The notes under the pieces are model-generated. The model was not told where the DNA came from, made no database searches, and worked only from the letters and a program-made list of their open reading frames with translations. The translations under genes were made by a program, and so were the position numbers. A stretch of 63,475 nt of DNA, the filler included, from Hyphochytrium catenoides (lineage: Eukaryota; Protista; Hyphochytriomycota), in NCBI GenBank assembly GCA_900088475.1. It is 7 parts of 7 records of this genome, joined end to end, with 100 filler letters (N's around TTAATTAATTAA, not from the genome) between each part and the next. Parts side by side here need not be neighbours in the genome. Positions count along the whole stretch, not along the records: positions 45,263 to 61,880 come from FLMG01000558.1; 6 more parts are not named here. One strand, 5' to 3'. Numbering within the stretch: the first letter of the stretch is position 1; each line of letters begins with the position of its first letter. Shown here in pieces: positions 46,473 to 57,345 of the stretch.

Positions 46473-48430
46473 ATGGCAAGAGAGCTGCCGGCGCGTCCGC
46501 CTTTACCCTTTCACGTCCATCTCATCCGAACCGTTGTCTTTCTCGTTCTGAGTCCCCTGGCATTGCTTCGAGATGGCTATCGGAGACTTGCTCTCTTCTT
46601 TTCTGGTGAAAAGACTCTGCAAAGGGGGAGGGAAAGCCGAGAGGAGAGAGCGCCGCGAGTGGTCATTGTTGGCGGCTCTTTTGCGGGCCTGAAGGCAGCG
46701 CAAGTACTCGCTTTCTCGGGGGAGATACTGGAGTTGGTGGTAATAGATAGAAAAGAATATCTCGAGTACACGCCAGGCATCTTGCGGACGCTGGTTGAGC
46801 CTCAGCATCTTTATCGCCTGACTTGCAGTCTAGAGTACTCTGTCTCTAAGTTGGGAGGAAGGTTTGTCCAGGGTCAAGTGGAAGCAATAGGCGAGAAAGA
46901 GGTACAGAAGGGCCCTGGTAGCGCTAACATCCTATATGTACTATGACAGACTCCTTCCTTCCAGTGGTCGGACCATCTTGTCAAAGTCCGTTCTTTGTTT
47001 GTGCACCTTCTCTTTTATGCCTGTCTGTCTCTGTCTCTCTCCTTCTCCCGCCATCACTTCCGCGTTTCTGGGTTCTCTGTCTTTTCTCTCTTCTCTCTCC
47101 CTTCTCTCTCTCTCTCTCTCTCGCTCTCGCTCTCTCTCTCTCTCTCGCTCTCTCTTTCTCTCCCTCCCTCCCTCCTTTATTTCTACTTTGGTCCTTCCTA
47201 CTTCCTCCTCTCCTCCACGGCGGTGACCTCAATTCCTCCGACACGATAGTCCCTGCGATAACGACAATGCGACCTTATTCGCAGGTCTTCTATCTCACCA
47301 AGGAAGGAGAGAAGAGGGCTCTTTCTTATGATTACTTAGTGATAACCACGGGAAGCTCGTACATAGAGCACTGGATCAAGCCAGACCCAGAACCCAGACA
47401 ACGTAAGAAAGCGAGCTCTAGAAAGACCCTAGACGGTGGAGAGCGCCAGAGAATGCAGGAGATTATGGAAGCAGCTTCAGAACTGGAGCAAGCCGAACGG
47501 ATCCTCATTGTCGGTGGAGGACTCGTAGGAGTGGAACTCGCAGCGGAGATAGCGGACAAACTCGACAGGAGAGAGAGAAATGGAGAGCAAGTGAGTGGGA
47601 AAGAGGTGACTCTTATGTCGAGCACTGCCTCTCTCCTTCCGGAACTCCCGCCCGCGGCTGGAAAAGAGGCAGAAAGGTGGTTGAGCTCTCGCGGAGTAAA
47701 CGTACGGCTCAACGAGCGCTTTCTAGAAGAACAGGACGACCCAACGAGCAAAGGAACGCACGTGGTTCTCACCAGTAAGGGGAGGAAAGTAACGTATGAC
47801 CTTGTATACAAATGTCTGGGACTGCAGCCCAACTCGAGGCTATGTACCGCCTCCAATGTCTCTTCCAACGAGTCTGGTTCCTTCGCTCCTTCGCCTTCCG
47901 CCGTCCCTCTCTCTCCAGAGGGAGTAACCCTCAAGGTTGGCAAGCGAGGTACCATCAACGTAGACAGGTGCTTTCGAGTGCAGCGTGTGAGAGAGACAGG
48001 AGACAAGAGACAGAACATCTTTGCAGCAGGGGATGTCGTTGAGAGACTTGGAGGGGAAAGGGAGAACAAGAGTGCCCATCTTGCTGAGGTGACGGCGGTA
48101 TGTATGGCTCTCAATCTTCTGTCAGTTCTCCCAACAGAGCGGGGAGAAAGCGGGAGAAGACTCCGTTCCTATCCAGAGGACTTCCTTCATACGCGCTCTT
48201 CTCCGCTCGTCGCGGTGTGCTCTCTGGGTAAGAGAGAGGGGATTCTCATCTTCAACGGGCTCGTCTTCCGCCATTATTTCTTTCGCCGGCTGGCTTCACT
48301 TGTGAAAGAAGTGATAGAGATAACTAAGATGATGGCTGCGGAAGGAGAAGCGAGTGCCATTCTGCTCTGGGAGATATTGGAGGGGATAACGGAGACCATA
48401 CATTATGGCTATGAAAAGGTCGTGGGCTGA
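46473..48430 (+). CDS. FAD/NAD(P)H-dependent oxidoreductase, AIFM2/AMID/FSP1-like; exons 46473-46901 and 47285-48430
   Basis: RVVIVGGSFAG, EYLEYTPGILR, LSYDYLVITTGSSY, ILIVGGGLVGVELAAEI, NIFAAGD, CSLG; one GT-AG intron at 46902-47284. Confidence 0.9.
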
Positions 48431-48584
48431 CACTAGAGGGAGCTAATTAATGGATATATATATATATATAGAGAGAGAGAGAGGTGTCTGAGAACGTGGG
48501 ACGCCGACAGTGAGCGTACAACTCGGTGGTGCGTGGGAAGGGACAAGATAAGACTGACTATTCGAGGTGAGAGGGTTATCTACA

Positions 48585-48942
48585 TCCTCTCTGAATAGGC
48601 AAGTAGACTAATAAGCGCATTCTTTGGGGCAACTAGGACCACATCAGTTATAGAAGTGTGAACCTTACGTGACTCAATCCCGTCTCTCTTTCTTTCTCTC
48701 GCTCTCGCTTTTTCTCTCTCTTTGTCTCTCTTCCTTTCCTGTCCGTCGTGTCCTCTCTATATTTCCTCTCTGAATAGGCAAGTAGACTAATAAGCGCATT
48801 CTTTGGGGCAAATAGGACCACATCAGTTATAGAAGTGTGAACCTTACGTGACTCAATCCCGTCTCTCTTTCTTTCTCTCGCTCTCACTTTTTCTCTCTCT
48901 TTGTCTCTCTTCCTTTCCTGTCCGTCGTGTCCTCTCTATATT
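48585..48942. repeat. Tandem duplication, 2 x 179 bp
   Basis: Units start TCCTCTCTGAATAGGCAAG at 48585 and 48764; two substitutions seen (GCAACTAGG/GCAAATAGG, CTCGCTTT/CTCACTTT). Confidence 0.95.
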
Positions 48943-48967
48943 TGTGGTCTATGTTTGAATGGCATCA

Positions 48968-51900
48968 TCAACTGCCTTCTCTGTGACTGGCTACTAGCTC
49001 CACAGCGTTCACTACATCTTGAGGTCTGAAGAGAGGGATCGCCCCAGGAGGAACACCTTCGACCCTAATCAAAGTGCCATGATCCGATGACTCCTTAAGA
49101 GCAACCTGCCCTGCCCTCCAGCAGGCTTCCATCTGCATAGGAAGGACAACGTAAGAACTTAGTATAGCCACAAGATGAAAGAGATAGACTAATGATGGCG
49201 TCATGAAAAGCTTAGAAAACCAGGACTTGTGACGTGTTACGCCTGCTTCTAAAGCGTCCCATACCGAAAGAAAGACGGCGAAAGGGGAATAGGAAGAGAG
49301 ACGGAAGAGGAAAATGGCGCTTAGGCCAGAAAGCAGTTGCGTTAGAAGAGGAGGAGAGGACGGCAGGACCTTCTGCCATGTTTCTTCTCCAAGTTGAGCT
49401 TTGAGGGAAGAGAACATGCCCTGGCTGCCATGAGTCAGAACGACTGAAGGAATGGGCTTTAGGGCAGAAGGATCCTCTTGTAAAGCCGTAGCGAGCAAGT
49501 GCTTCATCATCGGAGTAAAGGGAGTTAGCGCGAAATTGTGAGAAGACAGGGTGATTTGCTGAGTCTTTGCAAGCGCCTTTTTCCCAATGGTCCATAGCTC
49601 TACCAAGGCTCTTCCTGGCCCAATTCTTTCTCTCCTCCTTTTTCTATTCCGTTGCTTTCTCTCTGTGTCTCTTCTTTCTCTGTCTCATTGCGTTCTCTGT
49701 ATTTCTGCCTCCTTCCGCCTCAGGCCTGTTTCCCTCTCACAGTCTCTTTGTTCTCCACAGTAATAGAGATGCCTTTCTTCTTCGTCAGCCTGCACTTGGG
49801 CTCCATCTTAGTTGTCCCCATCCCGCTCCTGTCCGTCAACCTCTCATTACCTCATTCTCCTCTGCCTCCTTCAGCTCCTTCAGCTCAGTCCACATGTGCT
49901 TTGACGATGGCTTCACCCTACTAAGAATATCTACGAGCTTAGGAAGATTCAAGATGTGAGAGATCGGGCCGGCCTGGGCAGGAAGACGTTGTCACCTTGA
50001 CAACAACAAGAGAAACGGAGAGCTGGATGCAAAGGACGAGTTCAAAAAAGAGAGATAGAGGAGAGCACCACGGCGTCTACGAAAAGCTATGATACGAGGC
50101 GTTATTTAAGAGCTATCAACCGGAGAATGTCCGTCCCTCTCACCTCTGGCGGATAGAACTGCTGCAGGAAGGCCTTCTTGCCGCCGAAGCTCCAAAGACT
50201 ATAGAACAAGCCTACTGAGCTGAGAAGTGCCGCAAACCATAGGTGGCGCTCCTGCGTCCTAAGCAGTTGCTCACTCTCCGCTGAGATATTTTGCAGTCTA
50301 GTATTCATCTTGTCTAGAAGTTGCAAGGTCAGAAGAAGAGAGGAAGGGAGAATAGAGATGGGACTTTAGGCATATTTATCTCTCTCTCTCTCTCTCTCTC
50401 TCTCTTCTTCGCTGTCTCTTCCTGCAAATCCTCGAAGCGATGCCGCAGATTCTCTCCTTGTCCGTAACTTTCTCTCTATCTTGTACGATAACCCCTCCTT
50501 ACTTACCTCCTGGTGCGTTTATAAGGACCATTCCTTGTACTTGAACATTTACGAGTTCGGCCTCTTCTCCTCTCTGCAGCTTATGCGCCAGATACCTAGA
50601 AAGTCCAAAAGGAGGTCTGTATGTCAGCCCGCAGCGGAGGAGCCGAAGCGAGGACGAGATAGCAGAGGCTGAAGAAGACAAGATGTCTAGTTTTCCAACC
50701 CTTGGCTCCTAAGTGTGGGTCACCCTGCTTTGCTGCCGCTCCCTTCTTACCTCACAGTGGTCCCGCCAGTTCGATGGCCAACAAGAATGACTGGGCCTTG
50801 CACTTCTAGTTTATTCAATAGCTGGGCCAGCTCAGAAGACAGCTGGTGATATGAATGCGGGGCAGGCGCCGAAAGGAAAGAGGCAAAGAAAGAACATTGT
50901 CAGGAAAGGGCAAGGCCATGCATCTGCGACGAACAGAGAGATGTGTACCCAGTACTTCGAAGAGAGAAAATTGAGCCTGGGGTACATAGTTATATAGATT
51001 GAGAGAGCGACGGCGCGAGAGAGGAATACACTGTGACCTGTGGTAGCGACCTCGGTGCCTTTGTCCTCTCCGAGAGGCCGAGTCCAGGTCTATCATAGGA
51101 AATAACTCGGTATCTGTCTGCCAGACGCTGCTGTAGGTTAGACCACTCCAAAGCAATCTCTCCTGGGCCGCTCTCAATCACCTGAAGAAAGGACAGCCCC
51201 GGGGTCAAGGATAGAAGATGTAAAAGAGGAACGCCGGCGGGTCTGGAGGCAGCTGGCCTCACTTGACCACTTGACGGGGAACTAAACGGATATGTCAAAA
51301 TGCTCAGAGATGCCTGGATCGGCAAAGTGGACAAGAGAACAGGCGTGCCAACAGCCACAAAGGAGAAACTACGGGAAAAAACGAAGGACATTTGACCGTC
51401 TGTCTCACACTGAACAAAGAAAGGTAAGATCGAAGCGAGAGACGGAAAGGTAGACAAATAGGCAGGTTTTAGAGATCAACAGCCGTCCAGCACCGGTTCT
51501 CACGCCTGAAGCGGTGCACGGAGTGAGAAAGACGGAAAGAGACGCTGTAATTGACCTTTCCTGATAACCTACCACTGTCACAGGGCCCTGACCTACGTCT
51601 ACGCAGTGGACCTTCACCTCTTGTCCGCCCGAGCGGAGACGGACCATTTTGCCCACAGGCTCCACGCGGCTGTGATAGTAGTCATACGCCTGACTGATGG
51701 GCAGACAGTTAGATTCTCAGGGGATGGAAGACAAGGTAACAGACCAATAACGGGAGAAAGCCTGACCTAAAGATGATGGAGCTCTGAAAGTAGACAGTGG
51801 GGAGGAAGAGCTGGTAGATGAGTTCGAAAGCCAGACAGGAGGCAGAAAGATTGACAGAATGAACTCGAGTGAGAGCTAAGTGGACCCCTAGCTCGGGCAT

Positions 51901-52034
51901 GTGGACCCCTCGAGGACTGTTTCCGGGCTGGCTTGCACTTACCCAGCACCTAGAAGAGCTCCCAGAACCGCGATATGCCGCAACAGACCTGCACGCAGAT
52001 TTCTAGCGTCAGTGCAGTTGATCAACTCCGCCAT
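48968..52034 (-). CDS. Alpha/beta-hydrolase-fold protein with N-terminal membrane anchor; catalytic Ser and His apparently absent
   Basis: Spliced exons give PVGKMVRL..KVHCVDVGQGPVTV|VIESGPGE..EWSNLQQRLADRYRVISYDRPGLGLS..PRS|LSSELAQLL..GPVILVGHRTGG..|VQGMVLINAP and a C-terminal IPSVVLTHG..RPQDVVNAV. ATG at 52034. Confidence 0.85.
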
Positions 52035-53356
52035 TATTCGCCATTTTCGAGCCTTTGGAGGCTTATTGTTTGAACGCGGCGTTCGTTGTCAGGCTCTCCG
52101 TCGTGTACTTCTTCTCTCACCTCGAAAGAAACTCTTGCCAATTTCTTGCCGTCGAGAGGAATAGCTGCCAGACGGCAGGCCCTCAAGAGGAAACCTAGGC
52201 GGCGACGTCAGCCGCCGTAGGGGCGTAGCAAGGCGTCTAGTGGGCCTCTGGATAGTGATGAACAGACTTGGCCTAGCCTCACAGGCCGCAACTATGTACC
52301 GCGAGACACTTCTGACCGGCATCATCTTTCTCCTTTCACTTCTTCCACACAGCGCTAAGGTCTACTGTCCCCTTAGGCTCGCCGCTTCCTATCTTCCTTG
52401 ACACAAGTAAAGGGTCCCTTGCCGGCTCAAACAGGAGGTGCTCTCCTCAGTGCGAGCTTCCGGGCTTCAGTAGATTGACCACCAGGGGCGGAGCACCAGC
52501 TGGACAAGGCGCAATGATCTGGAGCTGGGACCTTATCCAACCCGCGTCGCTTCTTGGCGCGCCTTGAGCTTCTGAGATACCACGGCATCTTTGGTTCTGA
52601 ACCTTATCCCGAATAGAAAGTTGGTTGGTATATTATATCCCAAATCAAATAAGAACTTATTTCAAAGGGATGAAAGGTATCGAGTTATTGATCAGCGCGA
52701 CGAGACAGAGTCACAACCAGCGCACAAATCCATTGTCCTCTTCTTAGCTCTCTGTATGGCCTGGCGCGAGCTGAGGAAGAATTTGAGGGACGTTGTTGGC
52801 CGCGCCAACTCTCCCCGATGACAGACAATGTGTCTGGGTTCACGCTCAGTAGATACCACGGAGAGAACCGCACCTCTGCTCCCCAGTCTCCCAACCATCA
52901 TCAACAAAGAAGAGGGTGCTGCCGTTAGGTGGTAGTTAAGAGAGGAGAACACAGCAGAAGGATGAAGAACAGAGTGGTAGCGAGGATATTTTAGGCGCTC
53001 ATACTATCCGCTTGGCCTCGAGAGCAGCTTGCATAGGAATCATCGTTCGACATGTACGTAACCATCTTACGAAGAAGAAGTCAGCAACGCTCAGTCTGGA
53101 GAAGCACCGTTGCCTCGCAAAGAGATTCTAGTGAAGGAGTCTAGGCTAGAAGACAAGTCTATAAGACCGGACCTCATAAATAGATTAATTTAGCAAAAAA
53201 AAGCATGCGAGGTATAAGGCCAACGAAAGCTCCAAAAGGGCCCTGGAAAGTGACAAAGCTCACAAATAAATAAACATCTGAAGGGGCGGTGTCCTTCTAT
53301 GCTCTATACGCCGTCTTCCTCCCTCTCACCGCCCACGCTCTTACGGTTGATGATCT

Positions 53357-54896
53357 CTAGAAGTCCACAATCATTGATGTGAACTCTGGAGAAAAATAAC
53401 TGGTATCGATCTCACTCTTAAGTGAGGGAACCAAGGGAGGACTGACCTCTCCTTTCTCCAGCTTTTCAAAGTCCATCGATTTGAAGAAGTGATGAGCCTT
53501 GATCTCTGACGAGCCTAAGTGCGAGCAACCAAGCCTCTCTCGCTCCTCCGTCCGAAGAAGGCCCGAGATCAAATCTCTAGCTGGCGCGGAGACATGATCT
53601 GGGAAGTGAAGTCCCTTGTGCCCGAGAAGAATCTTCTCGTACAACGCTGCACGGTCGTTGGATGGGTAGAAAGGAGGATATCCAGTCATCATCTCGAACA
53701 AAAGACAGCCAAATGCCCACCAATCGACCGCAAAAGAGTAACCGCGGCCCTTCACCAGCTCTGGGGCTAGGTAATCATTCGACCCACACAGCGTGAAAGT
53801 TCTGCTAGAGATGGAGGTAGATAGGTCCTTGCAGAGGCCAAAATCGATAAGACGTACGAAGCCCTTGCTGTCGAGAACCACGTTTTCAGGCTTAATGTCT
53901 CTGTATAAGATATTGTGGCGATGGAGATGATCCAACACGAGGAAGAGCGATGCGCCGTAGAACCTTGCAATGCCCTCTGAGAACTTCCCGTGCTGATCTA
54001 AATGGAAGAACAGATCACCACTGCAATCAAGATAAGTGACGGTAGGACGACGAGTTACGAGTTAGCCTTCAATCTAAGTTACGAGAAGGGGAACAGGATC
54101 AATTGGCTTACCCTGCACAGTACTCCATGACAAAAAAGGAGGAATCTGCAGTCTCAAAGTAGTCATAAGACTTCACAAGAAATGGATGAGAAAGCGCCAG
54201 CGCTGTCCGCTCATTCTTGACTTGAAGGGCTCTGGAGGGCTTTAGTCGCACTTTCTTCACTTGTTTTAGAACCACTAGCGCCTCTGATTCCCGACATTGC
54301 GACAGCACCACCAAGCCAAAGCCTCCTTTCCCAATAATCTTCAGCGGTCTGTAGCGTGCCGTAGCGCTATCCACTACAAGGCCCTGGTTAGAGACGCCAG
54401 CCTTCGTTTGCTTATTGATAGCATTCGCGAAACGCTGGACCAGCTCTTCCCTATTATTAAGAATCTCAATGGCAGATCGCTTGGCTACCTCTAGAGTATC
54501 AGCTGCCATGGCCAACATGTAGCTCGGGGACTTCAAGAGGGAGTCCACTTTGAAGAGATGTGACAGAGAGGTGGGAGTTTGGCAAACCTCAGCATGAGAG
54601 GCTTTCCCACTTGTGATGAACGGATTATCATCTTCACTGACAGGGGAAAGCTCCTCAAAGATCTCTTCATCCATCTCTGCATCTGCGTCAATCGTTTCCT
54701 CACTCGCGTTGCTGGTGGCAGAGTAGCGGGATCCAGAAAGCTTCAGAATAATCTCTCGGCCTTCGAAAGAATCTGCAGGACACGACCTTGACCGCTCCAT
54801 TTTTTCTGAGGCCCACGATCCAATAGAGCCTGCAGCAGTGCCCACGGCTGCTTTCAGCAGGGCGGGAACTGTCAGGCTTTTGACAGCATCCAGCAT
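53357..54896 (-). CDS. AGC-group Ser/Thr protein kinase; exons 54896-54112 and 54020-53357
   Basis: IGKGGFGLV, VVLK, HPFLV, MEYCAG|GDLFFHL, YRDIKPEN, DFGLCK, TLCGSNDYLAPE, VDWWAFG, PPLVP..IDTSYFSPEFT; 91-nt GT-AG intron at 54021-54111. Confidence 0.95.
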
Positions 54897-57002
54897 TTTG
54901 TTTGCTTTTTCTTATATCAGGTTTAGCTTAATGGGTGTACAGACACGCCGATCCACCGCCTGGAGGCGCGGTCCATCTCGCGGCAATCCTCTCAATTTCT
55001 CTTGTGATAGTGCCCTGGTTAAAGGTAATGGAAGACTCCAGAAATCACNNNNNNNNNNNNNNNNNNNNNNNNNNNNNNNNNNNNNNNNNNNNNNNNNNCC
55101 AGACAATGGGTTGGACTGATGATGCAGCTGATGTCGATGATGGTCAGCGTCCAGTTCTGCTCGCAAACTGCTTGATGACAGGGTGGGAAATGCCCTCTGC
55201 CTAAAAAGAAAGACTGTGTATCGCGCAATCAAAGAGCGAAGAGAAGACAGAGTGCAAGGCCAAAGATAGGCACGAATGGCCGTTGTATTGTCAGAAGACT
55301 CGTGCAGGGGCAGGGACTGTGGAGAAGATAAACTTCTTATCTCNNNNNNNNNNNNNNNNNNNNNNNNNNNNNNNNNNNNNNNNNNNNAGAAAAGCAAAAG
55401 AGAATGAACGAGAAAGAGCGGGAAACAAAAAGAAGAGAGAGGGAACATAAAAAGCAAGAAGCCAAGAGAGGCAAAAAAGGAGAGAGAGAGAGAGAGAGAG
55501 ACAGCGAAAGATAGAGATGACAGAAAGAAAGCCAACAAGGAGAAAGAGGAGAGAGAGAGAGAGAAGAATATACGAGAAAGAGCGTGGAGAGCTACAGATC
55601 GACATCAACAATTCAGGGCAGACGAGGCAGGGAAGATCCACTCTCCTAGTGCCCCCGCAACTCCTACCTAAAGGTAATCCGCCCTTGAAGCGATATAGAG
55701 TTTCCCGTAACTTAGTGTCCCGAACAATACATCTCATTATATACCGCAGCTCTGTTCAAATTGACTGTGAGAGTATCTATTTTGTCCTAATCAGTAGCCG
55801 AGAACTTAGAGAAAGACCCCGTAATGTAATCCTGTATATTCGCCGGTGGCGTCAGTCGGAGAAGGGAGAGCGAGCAGGAAGCATGACAAACAGCCAAATG
55901 GCCCCAGAAAACAGAGGCCCTTGTATTGTGCCTTTTGAAGATACGCCGCTACAGCGCCACATTTACCCTCTCCGTCATTCTACGAACCTAATCATTAGCC
56001 GATTTGGGTCCTAAGTTCAGTAAACGCTGAAGGCGGGTGTCTGCTCTTAGTGACCAAACCCATCATCGCATTAATTACATTTTGGTAGCTTTCATTCGGC
56101 GAACACCATCCCGATACCTGTGTATCGGGGTAGTATGATGTAGGAAAGGTTTCAGAGGAATGAATCCTTCACAATATTCGAAAGCTGTGGATGACAGACC
56201 ACCGCAGCAGTCGCTCTACCGCTCCAGAGAGAAGCAGCACAAGAAGTCCGCCCGCAACCAGGCCATCCAAAAACAAAGTACAGATTGTATTAGGAATAAA
56301 GGATACAATGGACCTTCTAATCGAGAATAACGTGTCTAGTGTCTGGCCTGTCTCTCTTTGTCCTCTCCTCCTTTTTCTAATCTTCACTCTGTCTCTTAGT
56401 CTCTACCCCTCGACTCGTCTTTCTGACAGCGGTGCATCACACTTCATCTACGCTCCATCCCTGGACCTACCTCTTGAGGTGTGCCTGCGATGCTATTACA
56501 ACACTCCTCCTATGACACACCTCTTGTCGGTGGTAGAATGGTATATATTGTGAATATGTCACGTTTGTTTGGCTAGTATTATAAATAAGGCTTACTGTAT
56601 TACTTATTCTATTCAGATTCCTGACTCTTTGAGACTTGGTCGCTCGGGATCTTCATGAGGAGAATCTGAAGATGAGTGGAGAGCGTCGTCGAGCTCGGGA
56701 AGAAGACTGAGCAACGCGAAGACATCATGGACCTGTTGGAGCTTGACGGCTTGGTAAAGGCAAGGCCAACCAGAGTGGTGGGGAGTATGATACAGCGCTT
56801 GCATAGGCAAGTCTTGCATGACAGTCTGACAGGTCAGGAAGGGGTCACATCAACGGTTTTTGGAGAACTGCTCTATAAAGCCTCTCATGAGGTCTGGGAG
56901 ATGGTCTGAAGAAGCATCCGTCCATATTTGTGAAGACTACTTCGTCAATTCATAGTGTGTTATGCTCTTTTCTTACTTTGGCGCAAGGCACTACCATCGC
57001 CA

Positions 57003-57080
57003 ATATCCGCCGTCCGCTTCCTGCTTATCACCTCCTTTCTTATATCCGCCGCCCGCATCCTGCCTATCACCTCCTTTCTT
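57003..57080. repeat. Tandem duplication, 2 x 39 bp
   Basis: ATATCCGCCG(T/C)CCGC(T/A)TCCTGC(T/C)TATCACCTCCTTTCTT at 57003 and 57042. Confidence 0.9.
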
Positions 57081-57345
57081 TTTTATTGCGTAATTGCATT
57101 CCCTTGAGCAGCTGGAGCTTGTTGGCGGGTGTCTCTCCCTGATTAGATGAAAGTTGTCTGGGATAGACGAGGGTCACAACTGTACCATATGACCCTATCT
57201 GCCGGTTTGCTTATCCATGTTAAGCTTTAAAGAATACACCAATCCATCTCGCGCTACCTTTCCTGTCTAAAGCTCATGGGATAGGTTTTAGTACTGCTGG
57301 CAAACGAGGCTCGCTTAGATTAGAAACTTAAAATGAAGGAAAGGC

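Noticed and set aside
55500-56910. Possible plus-strand spliced gene fragments
   Set aside because: Joining the apparent exons hits an early stop and no family is recognisable.
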